Positions 1 through 9,130 of a stretch of 33,154 nt of DNA are shown here, one piece after another. Numbering within the stretch: position 1 is the stretch's first letter; each line of letters begins with the position of its first letter. Where the stretch lies: positions 1 through 33,154 of the forward strand of contig JAZDNO010000008.1 of NCBI GenBank assembly GCA_043799545.1, written 5' to 3'. Both the position numbers and the translations under genes were made by a program. The stretch comes from Methanobacteriota archaeon (lineage in GTDB: Archaea > Thermoplasmatota > Thermoplasmata > SG8-5 > DAIRED01). The notes under the pieces are model-generated. The model saw only the letters and a list, made by a program, of their open reading frames with translations, ran no database searches and had not been told where the DNA came from.

Positions 1-59
1 ATGACATAGAAATAGCATTAAGTAAGATTTGAGGTTTAGTAACATATCTGGAACCTCCC

Positions 60-112
60 GCTTGTCACTAAAAGTGTCCAGCTTATCACTCTGCTGGCTC
101 GCGCTTGTCACT
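60..112 (+). promoter_or_regulatory. Three phased direct repeats GCTT(G/A)TCACT, operator-like
   Basis: Copies at 60-69, 81-90 and 103-112 (spacing 21 and 22 bp), upstream of a TATA-like TTTATAT at 142-148. Confidence 0.5.
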
Positions 113-169
113 TTTTTTCAGACGCTGATATGTGGAAACCATTTATATCACTTCGAACACCTCCCTAGC

Positions 170-454
170 ATGTCACAAGTCGAGTTGTCGAACGAGGTGC
201 GCGAGGCAATCAGAAACGAGCTGGACCTGATGTTTTCTCAGGCTCCAAGTGTGATCAGATTCCGGGCCTGGTTGTTCGAGAGGTGCGAGGGGAAGCCATT
301 GGCTGATGTCGTGGCGCAGATTAGGCACGATATCGGGCTGGACGGGATGAGCGTAGGCGTGTTGAACGAATACCTGGAAATCATGGTCGACCAGGGCTGG
401 CTATACCGAGACAAGCTCGGTCGCCTCCACCGGGTCCAGGGGGCTGCATCATGA
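170..454 (+). CDS. Small hypothetical protein, probable winged-helix DNA-binding protein of the integrated element
   Basis: In-frame ATG at 170 within ORF 29..454, ~28 bp after TTTATAT (leaderless spacing); C-terminal LNEYLEIMVDQGWLYRD resembles a wHTH recognition helix plus wing. Confidence 0.55.
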   Translation: MSQVELSNEVREAIRNELDLMFSQAPSVIRFRAWLFERCEGKPLADVVAQIRHDIGLDGMSVGVLNEYLEIMVDQGWLYRDKLGRLHRVQGAAS

Positions 455-651
455 AGCTACGCGTCCCATCCACGACCTACCCCGACGTGCGCCACACGGT
501 CGAGCTGCAGGGCAGCCAGGTCAGATGCACATGCCCAGGCTTCTACTTCAAACGCTCGTGCTGGCACGTCGGGGTCGTCCGGGAGCTGCTCGAGTACCGC
601 CGCCAGATGCGTCTGCAAGCCAACGCGCTCGGAGGTGTCGTATGTTCGTGA
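451..651 (+). CDS. SWIM zinc-finger protein (66 aa)
   Basis: CTCPGFYFKRSCWH fits CxC-xn-CxH; ATGA overlap with the upstream stop. Confidence 0.75.
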   Translation: MKLRVPSTTYPDVRHTVELQGSQVRCTCPGFYFKRSCWHVGVVRELLEYRRQMRLQANALGGVVCS

Positions 652-926
652 AGGAAGTCAAGGTGAGCTTCGGGAGGACCGTCAACCTGGGGAACTTCGA
701 GTCCACGAGAGTCGAGATGACCGAGTGCGCAGTCGTCATGGACAACAACGCCGACGAGGTCGCGGAGGCGCTCTACGAGGAACTGAGGCGCAAGGTGGAG
801 CTGAAGTGCGATATCCTCAAGGAACGCCGCGCCGAGGCCTACAGAGCGTCTGAAGGCCACGGCAGGCGCGAGGAAGACCGCAGGCCGCCGATCGTCGAAG
901 GAAAGCCCGGGAACGCTGCGAGCTGA
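642..926 (+). CDS. Hypothetical protein (94 aa) of the integrated element
   Basis: ATG at 642 preceded by GGAGGTG (631-637), in frame with ORF 525..926; MFVKEVKVSFGRTVNLGNFES. Confidence 0.6.
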   Translation: MFVKEVKVSFGRTVNLGNFESTRVEMTECAVVMDNNADEVAEALYEELRRKVELKCDILKERRAEAYRASEGHGRREEDRRPPIVEGKPGNAAS

Positions 927-947
927 GGTTTCTGATGCAGGACTGAG

Positions 948-2135
948 ATGAGCGACCTTTACGAAGTTCCGGGGAAAAGTTCGGAACCGGCCAGCGCGGA
1001 AGTTCGTAAAGAGGCCAGTGTAAAAGTTCGTAACGACTTTCCGAAAGTTCGTAAAGAAGTTCGTAAACCTAGGGGGGAGGGGCATCCCCGCCTTGATCTG
1101 CCGGAGAACCGGTTGAAGGCAGCGCACCGCCTCCTTCTTGTAAAGGTACAGGAGCTACAGCCAAACGCTACGCTTACGAACATTGCGAGGGCTCTGAGAA
1201 GGCCGATCTCGACCGTGGACTACAACCTGAAGAACCTGCTCTTCTCCAATTACGTCCGTATAGACAACCCGAGCCTGAAGACGTATCTACTGGCCCCCCG
1301 GGGAAAGGAGGCGATTACGAACTTTATCAGAGGGTCTGATGAGAAGTTCGTAAAGCCCATCGTCCGCGCCCACGATGTCCTCTTCAAGGCCGCGGTGCAG
1401 AGATTCCCCACGGACGAGGAGCTGACGAGCGCGGGCTTCTCATCCCACGACAAGATGAAGGGCTGGCAGCGCTCCAAGTACTTCGGCGTGGTCCTCGAAG
1501 GCGTGGTAATCGAGTTCACCACCAGGAGCCTCATGATGCTCTGCCCGGAGGTCTACGGCGAGAGCCCGGACGAGGCGAAGGCCAAGGCGTGGGGCAAAGT
1601 AAAGAAGCTCATCGAGGAGCTGAAGAAGCTGCTGCCGACCCTCTCGCTCGAAGAGCCGTACCACGTGGTCACGATCTCCCGGCAGTCGTTCGCCCTGGTG
1701 AACGACGAGTACGCCAGGCTGATGAGGGGGCTGAGGCTCAGCCACAAGGATGAGCGCATAGAGGTCGATTCCAGCAAGGAAGTTCCGGAGATGGACTTCG
1801 TGCACCCCGCGAGCGCCCAGGAGGATTGCACGGCCTACCTGGACTTCATCCACCAGGTCGTGGACGGCGAGGTCCAGGAGACACTCGAACAGATAGACGC
1901 CATAGCCCCGAGACTCAAGCGTATCGAGGAGAACGAGGCTCTCATCGCCGGGCACGTCGAGAAGGTCTCGAGCACGCAGGAGAAGATGTACAGAGACTTC
2001 GGAGCCGTCGTTACGGGCAACTACGGCGTCATGGAGGCCGTGACGGGCATGTTCCACGCCCTGAGGCAGGAGATTGCGCGTATAGCGCAAGAAAAGGCCT
2101 CCGGGCGCGATTCCGAGAAGGAGGCGGGCAGTTGA
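948..2135 (+). CDS. wHTH-containing protein with C-terminal coiled coil; candidate replication or regulatory protein
   Basis: 395 aa; HTH-like ATLTNIARALRRPISTVDYNLKNL; helical C-terminus; gene carries iteron-like DNA repeats. Confidence 0.6.
   Translation: MSDLYEVPGKSSEPASAEVRKEASVKVRNDFPKVRKEVRKPRGEGHPRLDLPENRLKAAHRLLLVKVQELQPNATLTNIARALRRPISTVDYNLKNLLFSNYVRIDNPSLKTYLLAPRGKEAITNFIRGSDEKFVKPIVRAHDVLFKAAVQRFPTDEELTSAGFSSHDKMKGWQRSKYFGVVLEGVVIEFTTRSLMMLCPEVYGESPDEAKAKAWGKVKKLIEELKKLLPTLSLEEPYHVVTISRQSFALVNDEYARLMRGLRLSHKDERIEVDSSKEVPEMDFVHPASAQEDCTAYLDFIHQVVDGEVQETLEQIDAIAPRLKRIEENEALIAGHVEKVSSTQEKMYRDFGAVVTGNYGVMEAVTGMFHALRQEIARIAQEKASGRDSEKEAGS
959..1353. repeat. Iteron-like decamer AAGTTCGTAA cluster
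   Basis: Exact copies at 1000, 1024, 1045, 1057 and 1344; exact inverted copy at 1315; one-mismatch copies at 977 (direct), 959 and 1174 (inverted). Confidence 0.8.
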
Positions 2136-2335
2136 ACCCCGATGGAAGCCGCAGGACAGAGGATATCCTTATGCATCCTCAGGTGCATATCTCCCCTGCG
2201 TCGAAAGACGCAAAGAGGCATTGCAATGCCCAAGGGGATGTACAGGATATTCTCCCTGCGTCGGCTTCCGCAGGGCACGAAACAACTGGATGTTCCAAGC
2301 GAAGGCGGCGACCCGGACCGAAAAGGAAGAACTGG

Positions 2336-3310
2336 ATGCCCAATCCGTTCGGCAAATATCCGATCAGCTCCGCCGTGAAAAAATACATAGAAGCGACAAG
2401 GCACTTCTACGCCCCAGAAACGCAAGCCTACCGCGGGAGGAAGCTCCGGTACATACTGAACGCGATGAAAACATTAGGCGCTCCGGAGAACCCGACGAAG
2501 ATAGGCAAAGAGGATATACTGAACTGGATGGACTGGATGGAGAAGAAAGGGCTTGAAGGCTCCACCAAGCGCAAGGCGTTGAGCATCCTGGGCGACTACC
2601 TCAGATACTACGACAACGACTGCGTCAAGAAGATGCTCGACAAGAGGTTGCTGAGGATGCCGTCGGACGCGCGAAAGGAGATAAAACACCTGCCCGAGGA
2701 CGCTATCCAGCGCATCCACAACACGACGCTGACGATGGAGGGCTGGGAAGGCGCGGTCGCCAGGTTCATAACGATGGCATACCCGTACACGGGCCTGCGC
2801 CCGAGCGAGCTGAGGACGATAGCCTACGCGGACTTGGACCTTTCCACATGGACGATGGCGGTCAAGCATCCAAAGGGTGAACGGTCATACGGAACGCAGA
2901 GGGTCATTGGCATACCAAGCATGATTCGAGAGGCGGTCGCCGATTACCTGGAGGAGCGCAGAACCTACCTGGAGGCGCACGGCGCCCCCGAGAACTCTGC
3001 ACCCTTGATACCGTACATCTGTCGCAAAGGCGTTGAATACTGGCGCTACCAAAGCCTGGAGAACCTGAAACTGGAGATAGAGAAGCAGGTAGGGTTCAAG
3101 TTCAAGCTGAAGGACTACCGCTCCTCGTTCTGCCAGATTGCGATAGACCGGGGCGCAGCGTTGCAGGCAGTATCGAAAGTAATGGGGCACGGAACAACCA
3201 AGACAACTGAGTCCTACTATGGACGAATGAGGGACGAACCCGCGATTGCGGAGATAGAAAGGGCGTTGTCGAAGCCCAACGTCAAAAATCTAATACCCCC
3301 CGTACTATGA
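2336..3310 (+). CDS. int: Tyrosine recombinase/integrase
   Basis: TGLRPSEL (R), KHPK (K), KDYR (K/H-x-x-R), MGH and TTESYY (H, Y); ends 20 bp from a tRNA 3' end; start codon uncertain (2336 or 2171). Confidence 0.9.
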   Translation: MPNPFGKYPISSAVKKYIEATRHFYAPETQAYRGRKLRYILNAMKTLGAPENPTKIGKEDILNWMDWMEKKGLEGSTKRKALSILGDYLRYYDNDCVKKMLDKRLLRMPSDARKEIKHLPEDAIQRIHNTTLTMEGWEGAVARFITMAYPYTGLRPSELRTIAYADLDLSTWTMAVKHPKGERSYGTQRVIGIPSMIREAVADYLEERRTYLEAHGAPENSAPLIPYICRKGVEYWRYQSLENLKLEIEKQVGFKFKLKDYRSSFCQIAIDRGAALQAVSKVMGHGTTKTTESYYGRMRDEPAIAEIERALSKPNVKNLIPPVL

Positions 3311-3330
3311 AAAAGCCAGTAAAAAGTATA

Positions 3331-3404
3331 TGGGCCCACCCGGATTCGAACCGGGGATCTTCACCTTGTCAAGGTGACGTCATAACCAACTGGACCATAG
3401 GCCC
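3331..3404 (-). tRNA. tRNA-Val(GAC), CCA not encoded
   Basis: Reverse strand GGGCCTA...TCACC-TTGACAA-GGTGA...CCCGG-TTCGAAT-CCGGG-TGGGCCC-A folds as a cloverleaf. Confidence 0.95.
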
Positions 3405-3511
3405 GCTGGCACAAGGTCGCTCACCCAGTGCGAAATCTGATATTGTCTCGCCCTTCATAAACCTTTGGCTCTCTTCAGGCGCTTGGATTAAATAGCGCGA
3501 CCCGGATATTT

Positions 3512-5758
3512 GTGCAGGAGGCAAAAGAGGGTTTGGGCGATGCAAAGGCGAAAGCCGACATCAAGGTCTCGGGCATGACCTGCGCGATGTGCGTCCGGTC
3601 CATCGAGGAAGCGCTGAAGGAGGTCCAGGGCGTGAAGCAGGTCACGGTCAACCTCGCCACGGAGAAGGCGCATGTGGAATTCGACCCTGGACGGACCGGT
3701 GTCGGAGCGATGAGAGCCGCCATCGAGGAGCTCGGATACGGCTACGTCGGCCTGGCCTCGGAGATATCGGAGGAGGATTCCAGAAAGGCCACGGAGGAGG
3801 ACCTTGCGTCGAAGCGCAACCGCTTCGCCGCCGGTTTCGCAATCTCGCTCCCCCTCATGGCGCTGATGTACCTGCCAAGCGGGCTTTCGATGATGGAGCT
3901 GTCGTATCTCTCGCTTATTACGACGACGCCAGCCCTCGTGTACGTCGCACGGCCGATATTCTCCGCCGGTTACATGGCCCTGAGGAACCGGAACCTGAAC
4001 ATGGACATTATGTACTCGATGGGCGTCGGCGTCGCCTACGTCGCCAGCGTCATGGGGACCTTCGGGATTGTCCTGGATGCCGAGTTCATGTTCTACGAGA
4101 CCGCCTTGATGCTTGCAGCTTTCCTGATGCTCGGCCGATACCTTGAGGCCAGGGCGAAGGGGCGGACCTCCGATGCGATAAAGAAGCTCATGAGCCTGGC
4201 GCCGAGCGAAGCCATCGTCGTGAGGGACGGGGAGGAAAAGGTCGTGGCACTTGATGCCGTCGCCGTTGGCGACGTCGCGGTCGTGAAGCCAGGCGGGAAA
4301 ATCCCCGTGGACGGAACGGTCGTATCCGGCGAGAGCCTCGTGGACGAATCGATGATGACAGGCGAGCCGATTCCAACCATGAAACGGGCCGGTTCGAAGG
4401 TCGTCGGCGGAACCATCAACGGAAACGGGCTGCTGAGGTTCAGGGCGGAGGCCGTGGGGCTGGAAACTGCGCTTGCCCGCATCGTCGCGATGGTGGAGGA
4501 GGCGCAGGGCTCGAAGCCGCCAGTTCAAAGGCTGGCAGACAAAGCCGTGTCGTATTTCATACCGGTTGTCCTGACGATTGCGATCGGGGCGTTCCTGTTT
4601 TGGCTGCTGGTCGGCGGCGAGACGCTGCTGTTCTCCACCGGAGTCCTGATTTCCGTCCTCGTTGTGGCGTGCCCGTGCGCCCTCGGGCTGGCCACGCCTA
4701 CGGCCGTGACTGTGGGCGTGGGGCGCGGGGCGGAACTTGGAATCCTCGTGCGCAACGGCGAGGCGCTGGAGAAGGCCGAGGGAATCACTGCGGTGCTTCT
4801 CGACAAGACCGGCACAATCACCGAGGGGCATCCCAGGGTCACGGACGTCGTTGCCGATGGAATCTCTGAGGCCGAACTCCTCACGTTCGCAGCGAGCGTC
4901 GAATCAGGGTCCGGGCATCCGCTGGCCGAGGCAATCGTGGCTAAGGCGAAAGAGGGAGGCCTGGTGCCTGCGGCTCCGCCGGACTTCGCATCCTTCGACG
5001 GGAAGGGCGTTCGGGGAACCGTAGGCGGCAAGACCGTGTCCGTCGGGAGCGCCGGGTTCGTCGCGGAGGGCGGGTGCGCCATCGCCGACGGCCGCATGGA
5101 GGAGGCGGGGAGCCTGGAATCGCTCGGACGGACTGTCGTTTTCGTCTCGGCGGGGGGGGATTTCGCGGGCATGCTGGCCATAGCCGACCCCATCAATGAA
5201 AGCTCGCGAGCCGCGGTCGAAGCCCTCCGCGCCATGGGCATAAAGGTGGCGATGGTCACGGGCGACAACCGCAGGACAGCCGAGGCGATTGCGAGGCAGG
5301 TAGGCATCGCGGACGTGCGTGCCGAAGTACTGCCCAGCGGCAAGGCCGCGATTGTCAGGGAGATGCAGGCCGGGGGCGAGCTGGTCGCATTCGTCGGCGA
5401 CGGGACGAACGACGCGCCAGCAATCAGCCAGGCCGACGTGGGCATAGCAATCGGCGGCGGCACGGACGTGGCAATCGAGAGCGGCGACATAGTTCTGGCA
5501 AGGGACGACCCACGAGACGTGGTTGCCGCTATACAGCTCAGCAAAAAGGTGATGACGAGGATAAGGCAGAACCTGTTCTGGGCCTTCGCGTACAACGCGG
5601 CCCTGATACCGGTCGCCGCGGGGCTGCTCCACCCCGTGCTTGGAATTTCTTTCAAACCGGAGTTCGCCGGGCTGGCGATGGCTTTGAGCTCCGTTACGGT
5701 GATTTCTCTCTCGCTGACGTTAAAGGGGTACAAACCGCCCTCGAAAGGGAGGGGGTGA
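3512..5758 (+). CDS. copA: Cu(I)-translocating P1B-type ATPase
   Basis: GMTCAMC metal-binding domain, TGE, CPC, DKTGT, GDGTND, YN and MALSS motifs; start may be TTG 3533. Confidence 0.95.
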   Translation: MQEAKEGLGDAKAKADIKVSGMTCAMCVRSIEEALKEVQGVKQVTVNLATEKAHVEFDPGRTGVGAMRAAIEELGYGYVGLASEISEEDSRKATEEDLASKRNRFAAGFAISLPLMALMYLPSGLSMMELSYLSLITTTPALVYVARPIFSAGYMALRNRNLNMDIMYSMGVGVAYVASVMGTFGIVLDAEFMFYETALMLAAFLMLGRYLEARAKGRTSDAIKKLMSLAPSEAIVVRDGEEKVVALDAVAVGDVAVVKPGGKIPVDGTVVSGESLVDESMMTGEPIPTMKRAGSKVVGGTINGNGLLRFRAEAVGLETALARIVAMVEEAQGSKPPVQRLADKAVSYFIPVVLTIAIGAFLFWLLVGGETLLFSTGVLISVLVVACPCALGLATPTAVTVGVGRGAELGILVRNGEALEKAEGITAVLLDKTGTITEGHPRVTDVVADGISEAELLTFAASVESGSGHPLAEAIVAKAKEGGLVPAAPPDFASFDGKGVRGTVGGKTVSVGSAGFVAEGGCAIADGRMEEAGSLESLGRTVVFVSAGGDFAGMLAIADPINESSRAAVEALRAMGIKVAMVTGDNRRTAEAIARQVGIADVRAEVLPSGKAAIVREMQAGGELVAFVGDGTNDAPAISQADVGIAIGGGTDVAIESGDIVLARDDPRDVVAAIQLSKKVMTRIRQNLFWAFAYNAALIPVAAGLLHPVLGISFKPEFAGLAMALSSVTVISLSLTLKGYKPPSKGRG

Positions 5759-5938
5759 TTGACAACGGCAATAGACCCGATATGCAAGATGACTGTGGAC
5801 GAGAAGACCGCGAAATGGGTTTCGGAATACGAGGGGCAGAAATACTACTTCTGCGCGCCAGGATGCAAGAAGGCATTCGACAAAGAGCCCGAGAAATGGT
5901 CGAACCAAGCGAAGCCGAAATGCTGCTGCTGCAGCTAG
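5759..5938 (+). CDS. YHS-domain protein (59 aa) with CCCC tail, absent from the ORF track
   Basis: TTG start after GGAGGGGGTGA; [59 protein letters not shown]; DPxC..YxG..YYFC..C pattern. Confidence 0.85.
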   Translation: MTTAIDPICKMTVDEKTAKWVSEYEGQKYYFCAPGCKKAFDKEPEKWSNQAKPKCCCCS

Positions 5939-5969
5939 CCATCAGATTTGCATATAATGTGGGGAATCA

Positions 5970-5977
5970 TTTAAATA
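5970..5977 (+). promoter_or_regulatory. TATA box (TTTAAATA) of the rubredoxin-fprA operon
   Basis: Canonical archaeal TATA ~45 bp upstream of ATG 6019; SD GAGGTGA at 6007-6013. Confidence 0.6.
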
Positions 5978-6018
5978 AAACCTTTCTACTCTTCAATCAG
6001 GAATCAGAGGTGAAGTCT

Positions 6019-6180
6019 ATGGCAAAATACGTGTGCAAGGTTTGCGGATATGTTTACGACCCTGAAGCGGGAGACCCCGACAACGGCGTGGCCCCTGGAA
6101 CCGCTTGGGAAGACCTCCCCGCAGGTTGGGTTTGCCCCCTTTGCGGAGCAAGCAAGGAAGAGTTCGAGAAAGAGGAGTGA
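6019..6180 (+). CDS. rub: Rubredoxin (53 aa)
   Basis: [12 protein letters not shown]...WVCPLCG. Confidence 0.95.
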   Translation: MAKYVCKVCGYVYDPEAGDPDNGVAPGTAWEDLPAGWVCPLCGASKEEFEKEE

Positions 6181-6181
6181 G

Positions 6182-7366
6182 ATGTCCGCGAGGAAGTTGG
6201 CCGAGGGCGTGCACTGGGTCGGGGCGATTGACTGGGACCGGCGGCTCTTCGATGAGCTTATTCCGCTGCCCGACGGCACGACCTACAACTCCTACCTCGT
6301 CCAGGGAAGCGAGAAGGTCGCGCTCATAGACACCGTCGATCCGACGAAGGAAGGCGAGCTCCTGGGCAATTTGCGGGAGATTGGTGTGGAAAAAATAGAT
6401 TACATCGTGACGCACCACGGCGAGCAGGACCACTCCGGAACAATCCCGAAAATCCTCGAACTCTACCCCATGTCAAAGGTGGTCTGCACTCCGAAATGCA
6501 AGGACATGGTCAAGACGCTGCTCCACGTCCAAGAGGCCAGAATCGTGACAGTGGCGGACGGGGAGACCCTGCCTCTGGGCGGAAAAACCCTGGAGTTCCT
6601 GCACGCGCAGTGGGTCCACTGGCCCGAGACGATGCTCACCTACATGAAGGAAGATAAAATACTATTCCCGTGCGATTTCCTCGGCTCGCATCTGGCGCAG
6701 AGCGACCTCTTCGCGACCGACGAGGCGCGCGTCCACCGCTCGGCCAAGCGCTACTACGCCGAGATAATGATGCCGTTCAGGAGCCACATCGAGAAGCACC
6801 TGGAGCGGCTCGCCAAGTACGAGCTCGCGATGGTGTGCCCGAGCCACGGCCCGGTTTACAACAGACCGGCATTCATCATCGACGCCTACAAAGATTGGAT
6901 TTCCCCGAATGTGAAGATGGAGGTGGTGCTCGCGTATGTTTCGATGCACGGCAGCACCCAAATAATGGCCGACCGCCTTACGGATGCGCTCATAAAGAGG
7001 GGCGTCCCGGTAAAGCCTTTCAATCTCTCCCGCGCAGACATAGGGGAGCTGGCCATGTCGCTCGTCGATGCATCCACCGTGATAATAGGGACGCCGACGG
7101 TTCTCGGGGGCGCCCATCCGCTCGCAATCTACGCCGCGTACCTGGCGAACGCCCTGCGCCCGAAGACCAGGTTCGCCACGGTTATCGGCTCGTACGGCTG
7201 GGGAGGAAAGACAATAGACCAGCTCAAGGGCATGCTCTCCAACCTGAAGGTCGAGCTGATGGAGCCAGTCTACGTCAAGGGGATGCCGACCGACGAAGAC
7301 CTGGGCAAGCTCGACGCGTTGGCGGACGAGATAATCAGGTTGCACGATGCTAGCGGAATCAAATGA
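6182..7366 (+). CDS. fprA: Flavodiiron protein (FprA family, O2/NO reductase)
   Basis: GTTYNSYL, HxExDH (HGEQDH), HWPE, PSHG metallo-beta-lactamase domain plus flavodoxin domain (SMHGST, GSYGW). Confidence 0.95.
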   Translation: MSARKLAEGVHWVGAIDWDRRLFDELIPLPDGTTYNSYLVQGSEKVALIDTVDPTKEGELLGNLREIGVEKIDYIVTHHGEQDHSGTIPKILELYPMSKVVCTPKCKDMVKTLLHVQEARIVTVADGETLPLGGKTLEFLHAQWVHWPETMLTYMKEDKILFPCDFLGSHLAQSDLFATDEARVHRSAKRYYAEIMMPFRSHIEKHLERLAKYELAMVCPSHGPVYNRPAFIIDAYKDWISPNVKMEVVLAYVSMHGSTQIMADRLTDALIKRGVPVKPFNLSRADIGELAMSLVDASTVIIGTPTVLGGAHPLAIYAAYLANALRPKTRFATVIGSYGWGGKTIDQLKGMLSNLKVELMEPVYVKGMPTDEDLGKLDALADEIIRLHDASGIK

Positions 7367-7379
7367 GGGAGGCAAGGAC

Positions 7380-7538
7380 ATGAAAAACACGGATTGCGGA
7401 TGCGGCTGCGAAGAGAAATCTAAGCCAGTCCAATACAAATGCGATTGCGAGGATTGCGACTGCGGCACGGTGGGCTTCGACAAGGCGCCGAAGGAAACCC
7501 CGACATGCTGCGGGAAGCCGATGAAGAGGGTGAAGTGA
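7380..7538 (+). CDS. Cys-rich peptide (52 aa, 9 Cys), metallothionein- or desulforedoxin-like
   Basis: SD GGAGG upstream; [10 protein letters not shown]...KCDCEDCDC...[11 protein letters not shown]; stop overlaps the dfx start. Confidence 0.7.
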   Translation: MKNTDCGCGCEEKSKPVQYKCDCEDCDCGTVGFDKAPKETPTCCGKPMKRVK

Positions 7539-7918
7539 TGACGAAACTAATGGAAGTATACAAGTGCGCGATATGCGGGAACATAGTCGAGGTGCTGCAC
7601 GCGGGTGCGGGGGAGCTGGTCTGCTGCGGCGAGCCTATGAAGCTGTACGTCGAGAACACGGTCGACGCGGCGAAGGAGAAGCACGTGCCGGTAATCGAGC
7701 GCGGGCCCGGGAACCTCGTGACAGTCAAGGTCGGCACGGTCGCCCACCCGATGGAGGAGAAGCACTACATCGAGTGGATAGAGCTCATCGCGGACGGGAC
7801 GAGGATGCAGAGGAAGCACCTGAAGCCAGGCGATAAGCCGGAGGCCCAGTTCCTGTGCGGCGGGGAGAAGCTGTCCGCGAGGGAGCTGTGCAACCTCCAC
7901 GGCCTGTGGAAGAACTGA
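7538..7918 (+). CDS. dfx: Desulfoferrodoxin (2Fe superoxide reductase)
   Basis: YKCAICGN...CCGEPM desulforedoxin domain; [24 protein letters not shown]. Confidence 0.95.
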   Translation: MTKLMEVYKCAICGNIVEVLHAGAGELVCCGEPMKLYVENTVDAAKEKHVPVIERGPGNLVTVKVGTVAHPMEEKHYIEWIELIADGTRMQRKHLKPGDKPEAQFLCGGEKLSARELCNLHGLWKN

Positions 7919-7926
7919 GGTGGAAT

Positions 7927-8469
7927 ATGGCACTCTCTAAGAAGATGGAAGCGGCGTTGAACGAGCAGGTGAACGCTGAGCTGTACTCGGCATACCTCTA
8001 TCTGTCGATGGACTCTTACTTCGAGTCCATCAACCTCAAGGGCATGGCCGCCTGGATGAATTCGCAGGCAAAAGAAGAGCTGTTCCACGCGATGAAAATC
8101 TATAACTTCGTGCACGACCGGAGCGGGCGGACGGCGCTGCCCGCCATCAAGGAGCCGAAGAAGGCGTGGAAGTCCCCGCTCAACGCATTCCAGGAAGCCT
8201 ACGCGCACGAGGTCATGGTCACAGGATTGATAAACGACTTGGTCGACTTGGCGACGAAGGAGAAGGACCACGCGACTTTCAACTTCCTCCAGTGGTACGT
8301 CAAGGAGCAAATTGAGGAGGAGCAGCAGACCGACGACGCGGTGAAGAAGCTGCGGATGATAGGCAAGGACCCGAACGGCCTGTTCACGCTGGACCAGCAG
8401 CTCGGCGCGAGGGTGCCGATATTCAACTTCCCCGCGCCGTCGCCGGACGCGCAGGCGGCGGGGCCATAG
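7927..8469 (+). CDS. ftnA: Non-heme ferritin
   Basis: LNEQVNAELYSAYLYLSM, EELFHA, FLQWYVKEQIEEE. Confidence 0.95.
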   Translation: MALSKKMEAALNEQVNAELYSAYLYLSMDSYFESINLKGMAAWMNSQAKEELFHAMKIYNFVHDRSGRTALPAIKEPKKAWKSPLNAFQEAYAHEVMVTGLINDLVDLATKEKDHATFNFLQWYVKEQIEEEQQTDDAVKKLRMIGKDPNGLFTLDQQLGARVPIFNFPAPSPDAQAAGP

Positions 8470-8500
8470 GCACGGCGCGCGAATCTTCGGAGTGGTAAAA

Positions 8501-9007
8501 ATGGAACCGATGGATCTGAGCAAGTACGGCCTCGATGACGCATTCCTCGCGGCGATAAAGAGCGAGGTCGAGTCCAAGGAGCTGTACTCGAAGATTGGGG
8601 CGAGGGTGAAGAACGCCTTTCTCAAGGACAGGATGGCGTTCCTCGCCGGAGAGGAGGAGCGCCACCGCGCGGCGATGACGAGGATGTTCATGACTTACTT
8701 CCCCGGCAGGGAGCCATCGCTTCCGCAACATAGCCCGGTTCCGCTTCCGGAGATATCATTCGACGAGGCGAATCCCCCGGCGCTGGTGAAGGTGTTCGAG
8801 CAGGCGATGGAGGCGGAGATGGCCGCGCAGTCGTTCTACCTCGGCCTCGCCGAGAAGGTGAAAACCGACCGCCAGGTCTCGGACACGCTGCGCTACTTCG
8901 CCGCGATGGAGAACAACCACTACAGGATACTGGAAGCCGAGAGAGCGAACGCCCAGACGTACGACGACTACGACGACTTCAACCCCATGATGCATTCTGG
9001 CCCGTAA
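8501..9007 (+). CDS. Ferritin-like/rubrerythrin-family diiron protein without rubredoxin domain
   Basis: Duplicated E-x6-Y...EExH pattern (EVESKELY..EEERH; EMAAQSFY..ENNH). Confidence 0.85.
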   Translation: MEPMDLSKYGLDDAFLAAIKSEVESKELYSKIGARVKNAFLKDRMAFLAGEEERHRAAMTRMFMTYFPGREPSLPQHSPVPLPEISFDEANPPALVKVFEQAMEAEMAAQSFYLGLAEKVKTDRQVSDTLRYFAAMENNHYRILEAERANAQTYDDYDDFNPMMHSGP

Positions 9008-9130
9008 CATATTTCACGGTGCGGCCAGAATGTCGGACGAATACATTGCTGCGCAAGATTTTCGTTGCACTCATGCAATTAGGCGAAAACACTTTAATAG
9101 CTACAGCAATATTCCACGAAAGGTGAAAGA

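Larger units (their letters stand above)
1..3331. mobile_element. Right part of an integrated element (provirus or integrative plasmid) inserted at the tRNA-Val 3' end; other end outside the window
   Basis: Integrase abuts the tRNA 3' end; tightly overlapping small hypothetical genes; iteron-like repeats. Confidence 0.7.

Noticed and set aside
1826-2335. Long N-terminal extension of the integrase ORF
   Set aside because: Overlaps ORF 948..2135 in another frame and has non-protein-like composition.
5755-6018. 88-aa N-terminal extension on rubredoxin
   Set aside because: The region encodes the YHS protein in another frame and contains the rubredoxin TATA box and SD.
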